Origin: an archaeon
GTDB lineage: Archaea; Nanobdellota; Nanobdellia; Woesearchaeales; UBA9642
NCBI GenBank assembly: GCA_043806035.1
Contig: JAZDHK010000019.1
Coordinates: 1 to 61,921, forward strand
Direction of reading: 5' to 3'
Length of the DNA: 61,921 nucleotides
The notes below the pieces were generated by a model. The model did no database searches. It worked only from the letters and a program-made list of their open reading frames with translations, and was not told the origin of the DNA. The stretch's first letter is position 1. Every line of letters begins with the position of its first letter. The position numbers were made by a program, and so were the translations under genes. Below, piece after piece: positions 30,810-41,232 of the stretch.

Positions 30810-32477
30810 ATGTTCCGTGCAGACCTCGTGCAATTTCTCGCAAAACAGCTCTCTCAGAAAGAAGAGGTCATAGACGGCCTGCTTGAAATTCCCGATTTCA
30901 AACTGGGGCATTATGCACTGCCCTGCTTCTTCCTTGCCAAAGAGAAAAAACAGGCACCGCAAACGCTCGCAGCAACGCTCGTTGCAGCATTGGCAGAGCA
31001 GCAGCCCTCTTTCGTCGAGAAGATCGTCGCCGTAGGCTCCTACGTCAATATCTTCATCAAGCAGGACCTTTTCTCCAAAGCATTGCTTGCCAGCATTTTC
31101 TCGCCAAAGCAGAGGAAGAATGGCAAACGCATCATGGTTGAATTCTCGAACCCGAACACGCACAAGGAATTTCATGTGGGACATCTCCGAAATGCATTCC
31201 TTGGCCAGGCCATTATCAACCTGCTCAGGCATCAGGGGCATGTCGTGATTCCCGCAAACTACATAGGGGATATTGGGACGCACGTCGCCAAAAGCATCTG
31301 GTGCTACAAGAAATTCCACCTCAACGACATAACTCCTGTACACAAAGGGCAGTATCTGGGCAGGCTGTACGTTGAGGCGTCAGCTCTCGTCGAGAATGAT
31401 GCGCAAGCAAAGCAGGAAGTGTCCGAAGTCCTGCAATTGATCGAGCAGCGCGATCCCGAAATGACTGCGCTCTGGAAAGAAACGAGGCAATGGAGTCTTG
31501 ACGAACTGCACGCCATCTATGATGAGCTCGGCATCCACTTCGACGTGTGGTATTTTGAGAGCGATGTGGACGAGGAAGGACGGCACATCGTCGATATGCT
31601 GCTCAAAAAGAACATTGCGGAGAAGAGCGATGGTGCCATCATCGTCGACCTCAAACAGTACGGGTTGGATGTCTTCCTCATTCTGAAGTCAGACGGCACG
31701 ACACTCTATAGCACGAAGGATCTCGCGCTTGCGCAGCGGAAATTCAATGAGTACAAGCTCGATATGAGCATCTACATCGTAGACATTAGGCAACGCATGC
31801 ACTTCCAGCAACTCTTCAAGACATTAGAGCTCATGGGATTCCACAAGCCACTCTACCATATCAGCTATGAATTCGTGGGCACGAAAGAAGGACCCATAGC
31901 GTCAAGGACGGGAAACGTCTACCTGTACGAGAACATCCGCGACCGGATGCTGCACAAGCTTGTTGTGGAAACGAGAAAGCGCCATCCGGACTGGGATGAG
32001 TCGAGAATACAACGCAATGCCATGACCCTCACGATAGGTGCGCTGAAGTTCGGCATGCTGAAGCTGGACAACAACCGCACCATCATCTTCGACGAGGACG
32101 AATGGCTGGACTTCGAGGGAGAGACAGGGCCGTACGTGCAATACGCATACGCGCGCCTCAATAGTATCCTGGGCAAGGCAAAAGACAGCACTGACGCTCC
32201 GCTTCTCCCAACGACCGTTCCTGAGCAAAAACTCGTCAGCCTGCTCGCTGCTGCCGAGAACATGGTTGAGCAGGCCGCGCGGCAGTACAAGCCGAATATC
32301 CTGTGCAGGTATGTGCTCGACCTCGCCCAGGCGAGCAATGAGTTCTACCATGCCTGTCCCATCATCACGGCTGACGACCAGACAAGGGATGCACGCATCG
32401 TCCTTGTGAAAGCGGTCATGCGTGTCCTCAAGGATTCACTTGCACTGCTGGGCATTGCTGTCGTCGATGCCATGTAG
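30810..32477 (+). CDS. argS: Arginine--tRNA ligase
   Basis: VEFSNPNTHKEFHVGHLRN (HIGH), KSDGTTLYSTKDLA, GETGPYVQYAYAR. Confidence 0.97.
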   Translation: MFRADLVQFLAKQLSQKEEVIDGLLEIPDFKLGHYALPCFFLAKEKKQAPQTLAATLVAALAEQQPSFVEKIVAVGSYVNIFIKQDLFSKALLASIFSPKQRKNGKRIMVEFSNPNTHKEFHVGHLRNAFLGQAIINLLRHQGHVVIPANYIGDIGTHVAKSIWCYKKFHLNDITPVHKGQYLGRLYVEASALVENDAQAKQEVSEVLQLIEQRDPEMTALWKETRQWSLDELHAIYDELGIHFDVWYFESDVDEEGRHIVDMLLKKNIAEKSDGAIIVDLKQYGLDVFLILKSDGTTLYSTKDLALAQRKFNEYKLDMSIYIVDIRQRMHFQQLFKTLELMGFHKPLYHISYEFVGTKEGPIASRTGNVYLYENIRDRMLHKLVVETRKRHPDWDESRIQRNAMTLTIGALKFGMLKLDNNRTIIFDEDEWLDFEGETGPYVQYAYARLNSILGKAKDSTDAPLLPTTVPEQKLVSLLAAAENMVEQAARQYKPNILCRYVLDLAQASNEFYHACPIITADDQTRDARIVLVKAVMRVLKDSLALLGIAVVDAM

Positions 32478-32484
32478 GGATATC

Positions 32485-33153
32485 ATGGAACTTGCTGCCT
32501 ATCAGAAAAAGATCCCTTCTGCAGTCTATGCGGTGTTGCAAGAGCGAAATTTTTTGACATTACGGCCTGCACAGTACAAGAGCATCGACGCAGGGCTTTT
32601 TGATGACAAGAACCTGCTCGTGTGCACGCCGACAGCATCAGGGAAGACGCTCGTCGCAGAGCTGGCAATGCTCAATGCCATCTTCCACGATAGAGGAAAG
32701 TGCGTGTACGTCGTACCGCTCAGGGCGTTGGCGAATGAAAAATATAAGGACTTCACGGCACGCTATGGCGCGAAGTTCAAGATCGCGATAACCTCGGGAG
32801 AGATTGACAGCGATGATGCCTATCTCGACAAGTATGACCTCATCATCACCACGTCAGAAAAATTCGATTCCCTGATACGGCATCACACGCCCTGGCTGCC
32901 AAAAGTGAAAGTGGTAGTTATTGATGAGATTCATCTCCTGAATGATGTCGAGCGCGGGCCAACGCTAGAAGTGCTCATCACCATTCTTCGTGAGAGCCTG
33001 CCGAAATTGCAGCTCATCGGCCTGTCAGCGACCATCGGCAATCCGAAAGAATTGGCTGGCTGGCTTGATGCAAAGCTCGTCCAGGACTCCTGGCGGCCCG
33101 TGCAGCTGGACAAAGGCATTTATTTCGAAGGAAAAATAGAATTCAGCAGATAG
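32485..33153 (+). CDS. Ski2/Hel308-like DEAD/DEAH helicase, first RecA domain only
   Basis: PTASGKT, PLRALANEK, DEIH, RGPTLE, LSAT, WRPV; stops at ~222 aa. Confidence 0.85.
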   Translation: MELAAYQKKIPSAVYAVLQERNFLTLRPAQYKSIDAGLFDDKNLLVCTPTASGKTLVAELAMLNAIFHDRGKCVYVVPLRALANEKYKDFTARYGAKFKIAITSGEIDSDDAYLDKYDLIITTSEKFDSLIRHHTPWLPKVKVVVIDEIHLLNDVERGPTLEVLITILRESLPKLQLIGLSATIGNPKELAGWLDAKLVQDSWRPVQLDKGIYFEGKIEFSR

Positions 33154-33274
33154 GTATAATGAACACTTGTACCTTTCAGGAATTGCACTAGAAAGTGAGC
33201 TTCGAGGATTCTCCGAAACTGCGCATTACATATTGCGCGGACAGAAATAAGAAATACAACACTCACGAACCTCA

Positions 33275-33847
33275 TTACTTCTTGAACTTTTCCTTCACTG
33301 CCTTCTCAGAAATAATTGCTGAATTGCCGTTCGGATCCTCGATGATGAGTCTCTGTTTTTCCTGTCCCCAGACAATCCTCGTGATCTTCTTGATCATGTT
33401 CTTTGCCTTTTTCCTGTTCTCCTCTTCTTCCTCATCGTTATCGCGGATGTCTTCAAGGATTTTTTTCATGCGGTTCAGGATGCCTTCTACGTTCGTAATG
33501 TAGCCGTTGCTCGCCTCTCCCGGCTCGATATTTCCAAGATGCGGCAGCTTGACAGTGGCTGCACTGCTCTTCACGATCCGGATATGCATATCTTTCTCGT
33601 CACTGATGTCGAGCGTGTACTTGCACGGCTCTTTCTGCTCGTCTGCCTCGACGTCGGAGAGGTGGTAGCCGCAGTCTTTGCAATCCATGCCAAAAAGATG
33701 GCAGATGCCGAAGAAGGGCACTTCCGTCTGGGATTCCATGAGTGTCAGTGTCTTTTTGTGGCAGATGGGGCAGAGCTCTCCCTCGATGATCTCGGGCTTG
33801 CTCTCTTTTGCGTCTTTTTTGTTTTTTGCCACGAATTCTCCTTTCAC
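33275..33847 (-). CDS. ZPR1-type zinc finger protein
   Basis: CPIC..VPFFG..CKDCGY..DV, EPG...GYITNVEGIL, IEDPNGNSAI. Confidence 0.93.
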   Translation of the reverse strand: MKGEFVAKNKKDAKESKPEIIEGELCPICHKKTLTLMESQTEVPFFGICHLFGMDCKDCGYHLSDVEADEQKEPCKYTLDISDEKDMHIRIVKSSAATVKLPHLGNIEPGEASNGYITNVEGILNRMKKILEDIRDNDEEEEENRKKAKNMIKKITRIVWGQEKQRLIIEDPNGNSAIISEKAVKEKFKK

Positions 33848-34047
33848 TATCTCTTTTAAAAAGTTTGTGAAAGGCGAGGTTTTGCTGGATTAGTCCACAT
33901 TGCGAAGTCTGCTGAGCACACGGCTATTGCTGGGCACGTTCTTTATAGGCGATATCGTTTCTTTGCAATCGAACACCGCCCCCACACGGCAGATTGTCAC
34001 TACTAGATAGTAAAGTATTTAAATGGAGAGGTATTAGTCTCTCTACC

Positions 34048-34605
34048 ATGGTATTCGGCATGAGCAAAGCGGAAAAAGAACGGGCGGCGAAGGAACTCGC
34101 TGACAAAATACCTCTCGAGGTTTTAGTTAAGGCGTTAGAGCCAAAGCTCAAAGAGGTCGCACAAGAAGCGGCAGGAGGGAGATACGCTGAAGCGGTCGCC
34201 CAGGCAGTTGCCGAATTCGTGAAGACGCCCGAGTTCGAGAACGTCTATACGGAAGCAGTCAAAGCGGCAGTTGCCGAACATCTCAAAACTGCACCACAGC
34301 TCAAGGAAGACGATATCATCATTCTCTACCAAAAAGACTTTCCAAAATATACTGAGAAACATCCTGTTTTCGGACCAGTTGTCACGCTCACTATCAAGGA
34401 ACATAAATCCATAAACGGTGATGGTGCAGTAACTGCAGAAGCGGCACTTCAGACAGCATATGTACGACTCAAAGAGAAAGCAGCTTCGAGGAACTGCAAG
34501 ATTGTGGAAATAGTCAAAGAGGAAACAACGCCCTACCATTCAGTTGGTGCAGACAATTACGCAGCAGCATTCCTCCTGGCTAATCTTTACATTCCAGACA
34601 ACTAA
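34048..34605 (+). CDS. Hypothetical protein, tandem paralog 1
   Basis: Shares AY..L...A.SRNC.I.EIV.E...ANLYI with the next gene. Confidence 0.75.
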   Translation: MVFGMSKAEKERAAKELADKIPLEVLVKALEPKLKEVAQEAAGGRYAEAVAQAVAEFVKTPEFENVYTEAVKAAVAEHLKTAPQLKEDDIIILYQKDFPKYTEKHPVFGPVVTLTIKEHKSINGDGAVTAEAALQTAYVRLKEKAASRNCKIVEIVKEETTPYHSVGADNYAAAFLLANLYIPDN

Positions 34606-34616
34606 TTGGTGAAATC

Positions 34617-35168
34617 ATGGGCATCAAAGAAAACTTAGCAAAATCATACCTGGACAAGCTCACGACAGAAGAACTCGTGGCGTTCATTGAAGGGAAAGTA
34701 GGAAAGACGCTCAGCGCAGAAGTGCGACGCATTGCCCAAGACAGCATGGGCGGTGACCTTGCAGCGTTGCTCGCAGCCTATCTGAGAACTGATGAGTTCA
34801 AGGGCGATTTCAACACTGCACTGCAAAAAATACTCCAAGAACGGCTTTCCCGACCCCGACTCGAGGACAAGGATATCGTCATGCTTAGTCCAGAACGGTT
34901 CAAGGAATATAAGGCAGAGTATCCTGTCTCCAAAATCCAGACAACCGTTGACATTTATGTCGACACAAACAAGGGTGGTTGTGAGACGTTCAAGAAGCAC
35001 GAACTCCAAGAAAAAGCATATGATGAATTGAGAAAACAAGCACGCTCACGGAACTGTGACATTGCAGAGATTGTCAGTGAAGACTGCAAACAAATATCGG
35101 ACAGGAACAAGAATCAAACCCTGCTGCTCGTGGCCAATCTCTACATCATTCCCAAGACGGAAAAATGA
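34617..35168 (+). CDS. Hypothetical protein, tandem paralog 2
   Basis: Shares the same motifs as paralog 1; GGTGA RBS. Confidence 0.75.
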   Translation: MGIKENLAKSYLDKLTTEELVAFIEGKVGKTLSAEVRRIAQDSMGGDLAALLAAYLRTDEFKGDFNTALQKILQERLSRPRLEDKDIVMLSPERFKEYKAEYPVSKIQTTVDIYVDTNKGGCETFKKHELQEKAYDELRKQARSRNCDIAEIVSEDCKQISDRNKNQTLLLVANLYIIPKTEK

Positions 35169-35169
35169 G

Positions 35170-35916
35170 CTAGCGCAACTGTCGTATTTTGCCGAAGTGT
35201 AGGATTTTGTCGCTGACGACATACACGTCAAAGTTTTCTATACTACCCTGCAGGAACGGGCTGAGCCTTCTCTCTTTGAGCATGTCTGTCCCCTCATTTA
35301 TGAGCTGCATGCTCGGCATGACAATCAATGTTTTGTTCTTCCATTTGCCGACAAGAAAGCACTTGAATTTCTCTACTCTGCTCAATTCCCTGATGCCCAC
35401 AGCAGGATGCTCATGCCCGATGATGATGGTCTTTGCCTTTCTTAGGACTGCAGGCTTAGGGATGACATCGCCATGGCAGATGAACGTGCCGTCTATACGC
35501 ACGTAGGGCTCGACAGGAACGTCAAGTGCCTTGGCAATGGGAAAGATTTGCTTGTCATGATTGCCTGCGATGATGATGACCTTGCCAAATTCTTGCAGGA
35601 ATGTGATGAGCGCGCGTGCATCACGCCATTCCACTTCTGAGATCTTCCCGAACTCGTGCTTGATGTCTCCGTTGAGGACAATGGTCAGTTCTCCTGTCTT
35701 TTTTGACGTGCCAATGTGTGACTTGACCATTTCAAGGGTTGTTTTGAGCTGCTGAAGGATTTCCTTGAAACTGAATGTAGGGATGAGCAGACCTTCGTTC
35801 CTTAACGTTGTTTCTATACCGAGATGGAGATCAGAAAAGACGAGCGCATGCTGCAAGGGGAGGAACACTGTATTTCCAAGAAAGTGTATCTGCTTGTTTA
35901 CTATAAACTGGGTCAT
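35170..35916 (-). CDS. Calcineurin-like metallophosphoesterase (ICC-like)
   Basis: SDLHLG, NGDIKH, GNHD, HG, GHEHPA motifs. Confidence 0.92.
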   Translation of the reverse strand: MTQFIVNKQIHFLGNTVFLPLQHALVFSDLHLGIETTLRNEGLLIPTFSFKEILQQLKTTLEMVKSHIGTSKKTGELTIVLNGDIKHEFGKISEVEWRDARALITFLQEFGKVIIIAGNHDKQIFPIAKALDVPVEPYVRIDGTFICHGDVIPKPAVLRKAKTIIIGHEHPAVGIRELSRVEKFKCFLVGKWKNKTLIVMPSMQLINEGTDMLKERRLSPFLQGSIENFDVYVVSDKILHFGKIRQLR

Positions 35917-36009
35917 GAACCTTAAAAGGTATGCTGCTTTAAGAGTTTTTGCAATGTGGATTCGTGGAAGCCAAGACAGTGTAGATACACAACACATCAA
36001 CATTCTTCT

Positions 36010-36420
36010 TTATTTGTTTTTCATTTCTTCCCTTCGTCCATTAATAAGGGGAATATACTCTGCTCTTGCTTTCGCGAGCAGATAATCACCTTTCTCGAAT
36101 TGGAGAACATGTGCCGCATAGTCATTTTGCCGTTTTAACGTCACATATGAACCATGCTGATACACGAATATTTCTGTCACGTTGCCTTGTTCTGAGTCGG
36201 AACTCTTATAGACAGTACGGTTACTCAGACCGCCTAGTCGTAATTCATCCTCAGTTATACTATGTGCAAAAGATTTTCTGGGAGAAATAATGACTTTTCC
36301 GTCGTATGCGGATACTTGGACAGTGGGTGTAAGCATAACCTTAGCACATATACCCACGGTTCCAGCAATAATAATCCCCCCAACAAGTGTTGGTAGCCAA
36401 TTTCCTTTGTTCAAAGACAT
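36010..36420 (-). CDS. Hypothetical protein with N-terminal TM
   Basis: AGGTGA RBS; hydrophobic N-terminus. Confidence 0.65.
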   Translation of the reverse strand: MSLNKGNWLPTLVGGIIIAGTVGICAKVMLTPTVQVSAYDGKVIISPRKSFAHSITEDELRLGGLSNRTVYKSSDSEQGNVTEIFVYQHGSYVTLKRQNDYAAHVLQFEKGDYLLAKARAEYIPLINGRREEMKNK

Positions 36421-36535
36421 AGTATCACCTTGTAAGCCGTGATGAGAGAAAATCAATGACGTTTATAAAAGTTTCGATATTAACCACTGACAAATAGTGA
36501 ATATTTGCATTTTGTTTCAATAATTGCGACGACAA

Positions 36536-37057
36536 TCATGTTTTCGTTTTCGCAATCTCTTTCTTGAGTTCTTCAATGCTCTTCTGCAGGAATTCGACGG
36601 TTTTTTCGTTGTTCTGCTCGTTCATGAGCTGGCCGCATTCGGGGCATTTGAAGTTGAACTCTGCCGACCTGTCAAAATTCATCCTCGTGCAGGCGTTCTT
36701 GCACATGTAGAAGTAATTATTGTGCTCTTTGCTCAGCCGTTCCTCGAGCTTTGTCAACTTTGTCCTTTTCATCTTCGTCTCGAGATGCGGGATTGCCTCT
36801 TCATTGTAGTCCCAGTAGCAGATGTACCATCCCTTGACCTTGTCCTTTTTCCTGATGAATGTGACGAGATTGTGTTCGAGAAGCCTATACAGCACATTTC
36901 TTGTGTAGTGGATCTCTTGCTTGAGCATCTCAGCGATCTTGAATTCGGAAGCGTGCTTGTTCTTCTTGAGGAATTCGATGATGGTTATGGCTTCATCTCC
37001 CACGAGCTCTCGGATGATGTCATCCGCCAATTTTTTGGATATTTTTGCCTTTACCAT
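36536..37057 (-). CDS. tfe: Transcription factor E (TFIIE-alpha homolog)
   Basis: wHTH (SEFKIAE..RNVLYRL..KGWYICYW) plus Zn ribbon (C..C..F.CPECG). Confidence 0.93.
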   Translation of the reverse strand: MVKAKISKKLADDIIRELVGDEAITIIEFLKKNKHASEFKIAEMLKQEIHYTRNVLYRLLEHNLVTFIRKKDKVKGWYICYWDYNEEAIPHLETKMKRTKLTKLEERLSKEHNNYFYMCKNACTRMNFDRSAEFNFKCPECGQLMNEQNNEKTVEFLQKSIEELKKEIAKTKT

Positions 37058-37453
37058 TATATTCCCAAATCGTCTATAAAAGACTAGTTTGAACCTCTTT
37101 TCCCCCCAGTCGTCCGAAAATGGCTCCTTTGCCCTTGTCGGCGTATGCCCTTTTTAGTGAAGTTTCTTTATATGTTTTTCGTTGTATATGTTTGACTAGA
37201 ATAGCGAGGAGGAACTGCCTGACGAACGTTGCCCTTTCTTTTTCTCTACTATTTACGTTCGGCTGGCTTGTGTGTTGATTTCTGTCATTCATAAGCTCAA
37301 ACCCTTTATTTGTTACTTTATGGTAGTCACACTATATAAATATTTCGCTCCTTTAGTGAAGATATCGAAACATATATATTGACCACTCATTAGTAAATAC
37401 AATTCGCTAGGTTTAAAAATGATGACGCATTCTTTCTTTATAGAGGGATACAC

Positions 37454-38086
37454 GTGAAAATTGAACTCATCCACAATAACGGACTGTACAGCATCAATCC
37501 TGTCGATGACGACACTCTTCGACCTGTCGACAAGGAACGCAAAATACTTGAAGCATGGCCGAACATCTTCCCTGACGACATCAAGGACAGGCCTCAAGAG
37601 TTCACGAATGCTCTAGACTATGTCGTGAGTAGAGTCATGCTTGCGGGGCACAATCTCGAGGAGCTCAGATGCATAGGCCCGGGAACGCCTGGAGCAGAAG
37701 CGACGCTTGCCGCACGAATCTGGAACTATTATAACGCGGAAAGAACGACTCTTTTTGGCCAGGGCAACATCAAGCTCGCCCTGGAAAAGAAGGACGGCCA
37801 GTATCGTGGCTGGCTCGATGACAATGAGCTCGGCAAGCTCAACAGGGACGTTGAAGAATTGCGCACCACAGGAACGTTTGCTGAGCTTCTTGTCGATCTT
37901 GACAAAAAACTCGAACCGTACATCATAGGCATGACTCCGTTCAAGAGAGATAACGTGCAGCCGCTCATCTCACTCGTCCTTGGCGATGGGCTCAAGCCGA
38001 GCGAACGCAGCGTCGCAAGCCTCTATGTAGGATTGTGGAACAGCAACATGGCAAACTTGTTCAGGCATCTTCGTACTGATTACTAA
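37454..38086 (+). CDS. Hypothetical protein
   Basis: 210 aa ORF with host-like composition. Confidence 0.7.
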   Translation: MKIELIHNNGLYSINPVDDDTLRPVDKERKILEAWPNIFPDDIKDRPQEFTNALDYVVSRVMLAGHNLEELRCIGPGTPGAEATLAARIWNYYNAERTTLFGQGNIKLALEKKDGQYRGWLDDNELGKLNRDVEELRTTGTFAELLVDLDKKLEPYIIGMTPFKRDNVQPLISLVLGDGLKPSERSVASLYVGLWNSNMANLFRHLRTDY

Positions 38087-38153
38087 TATCTCGCGTCACG
38101 TGCTATTCACGTAAAGCGAAACTTTTATATACTACTTAATAGTTACTACAATT

Positions 38154-38918
38154 ATGGCTGTTGGGCAATGGATGTATTATCTGGATAGGAATCTTGGTGA
38201 TAAAGGAGATCCTCCGCTTGTTGCCGTTCCCGCTGTGCCTCAAGAGACCCGGCAGGTGCAAGCGACTATTGACGACAAGTCCATATCCGATTATGAATTG
38301 CCACTTTCTCTCTCTGACCTTGTCAGCATAGGCAGTCCCGTGCGTATCAAGGGAAAATATGAAACTGATCCTCTTCAAGACTTTCAACACGTCCAGCTAT
38401 TGATAATTGAAGGAGTCATACCCCCGAATGCAAACTGTTATGCAAAATTGCAGACAATGAGCAATCTTGGCACACCACAGAGCATGGGTCATCTCATTCA
38501 ATTCTATTTTGCGAAAAAATTAGCGCAAGAAAGAACAGCAATGCCGTCCTTGCCCGTCGTCACTGTCCTGGGAGGCAGAACGGAAAGAAACATAAATCTT
38601 GAGTCAGAAATCATTCTTTCCCATTATCTCAAGGGGAAAGTTGCAGAAGTAAACGTCCACCACCAATGTACGTATTCTTGTACTGAGGACGAGCTCATTC
38701 GACATGTTGTGCTCGGAGAAAAACCTGAACATTTTCAAAAAAGGATCAGCGCTTCCGATATCTTCATTGCAGTAAAAGGATGGACGCATAATCTTGCAGG
38801 ATGCACAGGCGATTTGAGCGAGAAAGCATACGCATTCGCTGCAGCAAGAGGCGTACGCTCATTCCTCCTGGACAGCTATTCTCCTGAGGCAATTGTCAGC
38901 ATAGTGAATGGTTTTTGA
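38154..38918 (+). CDS. Hypothetical protein
   Basis: 254 aa; TATA upstream. Confidence 0.7.
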   Translation: MAVGQWMYYLDRNLGDKGDPPLVAVPAVPQETRQVQATIDDKSISDYELPLSLSDLVSIGSPVRIKGKYETDPLQDFQHVQLLIIEGVIPPNANCYAKLQTMSNLGTPQSMGHLIQFYFAKKLAQERTAMPSLPVVTVLGGRTERNINLESEIILSHYLKGKVAEVNVHHQCTYSCTEDELIRHVVLGEKPEHFQKRISASDIFIAVKGWTHNLAGCTGDLSEKAYAFAAARGVRSFLLDSYSPEAIVSIVNGF

Positions 38919-38953
38919 CAACATTTTTATATCGCTTCTTCTGCCAGACAGTC

Positions 38954-40087
38954 ATGGCTACGCACGATGCATACATGGACCCGCAAGACCGTTTGCAGCT
39001 CGTCACGCAAGTAGGTGAGGAGATCATTTCCCAGGATGAGCTCAAAACGTTGCTTGAGGAGAAAGAACATCCTATCGCGTATGACGGCATAGAACCATCG
39101 GGAACACTGCACATCGCGCAAGGCCTGCTCCGCGCCATCAACATCGAAAAAATGCTCAAGGCAGGCATCCAGTTCAAAATACTTCTCGCAGACTGGCACG
39201 CCGCCGCCAACAACAAATATGACGGCGACCTGGAAAAAATACACACGGTCGGCGAGTACTTCATCGAAGTATGGAAGGCATGCGGATTGTCGACGGACAG
39301 GATGGACTTCCTCTGGGCTAGCGACCTCGTCAAAGACCCCGACTACTGGGAACTCGTCCTGCGCGTGTCACGAGCGAACACCGTCCAGCGGATAATCAGA
39401 TGCAGCCAGATCATGGGCAGAAGCGAAGGGGATTCGCTCTCTGCAGCGCAAATTCTCTACCCCTGCATGCAGGCCGCAGACATATTCTATCTGAAGGCAG
39501 ATATCTGCCAGCTTGGCATGGACCAAAGGAAAGTGAACGTCCTTGCCAGAGAGATCGCTGAGAAGCTCGGGCACAAGAAACCCATCATCGTCAGCCATCA
39601 CATGCTCATGGGACTGCAACAAACCTCATCTACAGAAAGAAAAGAAAAAATGGAACATGGAAAAATAGCCGAAATGTCAACTGTAGATAGAGCAATTGCA
39701 ATGAAAATGTCAAAGTCTAACCCTGCAAGTGCTATTTTTATGACTGATTCTGAAGAAGAGGTAAAATCAAAGATAAGCAAAGCGTACTGCCAAGAAGGAC
39801 AGGTGCAGGACAATCCCATTCTCGAGTATTGCAAGTACATCATCTTCGAAAGATTCCCTACTCTGGAGATCAAACGCCCGGAGAAGTACGGCGGGAATCT
39901 AAGCATTAGCAGCTACGACGAACTCGAGAGCGTCTTTGCAGCAGGACAATTACACCCATCAGACCTTAAGACAGCAGTAGCTGCCTGCATCAACGCACTG
40001 CTTCAGCCTGTGAGAGACCATTTCACCAATGACAGGCATGCAAGAGAACTTCTAGAAAAAGTGAAAAGCTTTAAAGTCACCAGGTAA
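38954..40087 (+). CDS. tyrS: Tyrosine--tRNA ligase (archaeal/eukaryal type)
   Basis: YDGIEPSGTLHIAQG, YPCMQAADI, GMDQRK, KMSKS, LHPSDLK. Confidence 0.97.
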   Translation: MATHDAYMDPQDRLQLVTQVGEEIISQDELKTLLEEKEHPIAYDGIEPSGTLHIAQGLLRAINIEKMLKAGIQFKILLADWHAAANNKYDGDLEKIHTVGEYFIEVWKACGLSTDRMDFLWASDLVKDPDYWELVLRVSRANTVQRIIRCSQIMGRSEGDSLSAAQILYPCMQAADIFYLKADICQLGMDQRKVNVLAREIAEKLGHKKPIIVSHHMLMGLQQTSSTERKEKMEHGKIAEMSTVDRAIAMKMSKSNPASAIFMTDSEEEVKSKISKAYCQEGQVQDNPILEYCKYIIFERFPTLEIKRPEKYGGNLSISSYDELESVFAAGQLHPSDLKTAVAACINALLQPVRDHFTNDRHARELLEKVKSFKVTR

Positions 40088-40127
40088 TGCTATTCTAAGC
40101 GCCTAATAGGGGAGGACTGCGGAAAAC

Positions 40128-40679
40128 ATGAAAAAACATAAAAAGGGCAAGGTGCAGGTAGCTTTGTGGGTGATTGCAGCACTACTGCTGTCCGCATGCA
40201 GTTCGCAATCGCAACAAATCATAACAAAGGCAAATACGACTGATACCATGAAACTCACCTCGCCCGCATTCAGCGAAGGACAACCCATTCCTGCGAAATT
40301 CACCTGCATGAGTTTTGACGTCAATCCGCAACTCACTGTCTCTGACCATCCTAAAGGGACGAAGAGCTTCGCCTTGCTCATGGACGACCCTGATGCGCCG
40401 ATGGAGACGTGGACGCATTGGATAGTGAAAGACATTCCTGCAGACACGGCGCTCATCCACGAGAATTCTGTTCCTGGAGAGCAGCTCGAGAACAGCTTCG
40501 GCAAAGAGGATTATGGCGGGCCATGCCCTCCCCGAGGTAAGCCTCATCGTTACTTCTTCAAGCTGTACGCGCTCAAAGTGGACAAACTTGATGCGCAGAA
40601 TGCGCGAGAATTTGCCCAGGAAGTTCAGAAGCAGAAGCTCGCAGAAGCCACGCTCATGGGAACCTTTCAAAAAGAATGA
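40128..40679 (+). CDS. YbhB/YbcL (PEBP) family lipoprotein
   Basis: LTSPAF, MDDPDAP..WTHW, YGGPCPP..HRYFFKLYAL; lipobox LLSAC. Confidence 0.93.
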   Translation: MKKHKKGKVQVALWVIAALLLSACSSQSQQIITKANTTDTMKLTSPAFSEGQPIPAKFTCMSFDVNPQLTVSDHPKGTKSFALLMDDPDAPMETWTHWIVKDIPADTALIHENSVPGEQLENSFGKEDYGGPCPPRGKPHRYFFKLYALKVDKLDAQNAREFAQEVQKQKLAEATLMGTFQKE

Positions 40680-41232
40680 TGTGATTGTTCTTTCTAGAAC
40701 ATCCTATGGAAAAAATTCGGAAATCTGGTTCGTCAGGCCTATCGCGGAATATCAGTTCGGTTTGTTCTGCATACAGCTCCTTGAGGTAGTCAGTGATGGG
40801 CGTGAATGATTCAAAACAGGCACGGCTGATATCAACGTAAGGAAGGGCCAATATCGCCATGTTTTTTTGAAGGTCTTCAGAAACGGCACATTCATCTCGT
40901 GTTCCTTCAACCACCGTGCAGTCTATGCTACCGAAGGTAATCTTGCCAGTCTTTATCTCAACCGTTTTTGGGTAGGGAATATTTCTGTAGGGGAAAAGAG
41001 TCAGTTTTCTCGACCACACATCCTTTCGTCGAATGCCATTGCACGTAACGGTTGCTCTTCCTCGTATGTAGAGTTTGTCCTTTTCGCGGAGGAAATACAG
41101 TCTTTTTGCTTGCGCAACGTATTTGACGATGCGTTCGTCCTCAGTCCTGTAACTGGTGCAGCGCAGCCACAATCGCATGCTCAGCCGTTCCGACAACAAT
41201 TCAAGTTGTGATTCCATGTTATCGTTGCTCAT
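40654..41232 (-). CDS. Tandem paralog 5 (B type) of an unknown family
   Basis: RGRAT..W..K...PY..IP.PKT and F.PI..L..LY shared with its neighbours. Confidence 0.7.
   Translation of the reverse strand: MSNDNMESQLELLSERLSMRLWLRCTSYRTEDERIVKYVAQAKRLYFLREKDKLYIRGRATVTCNGIRRKDVWSRKLTLFPYRNIPYPKTVEIKTGKITFGSIDCTVVEGTRDECAVSEDLQKNMAILALPYVDISRACFESFTPITDYLKELYAEQTELIFRDRPDEPDFRIFSIGCSRKNNHIILFERFP

Noticed and set aside
37074-37292. 72-aa ORF or RNA upstream of tfe
   Set aside because: No motif, and only a 7-bp inverted repeat; likely promoter/intergenic DNA.
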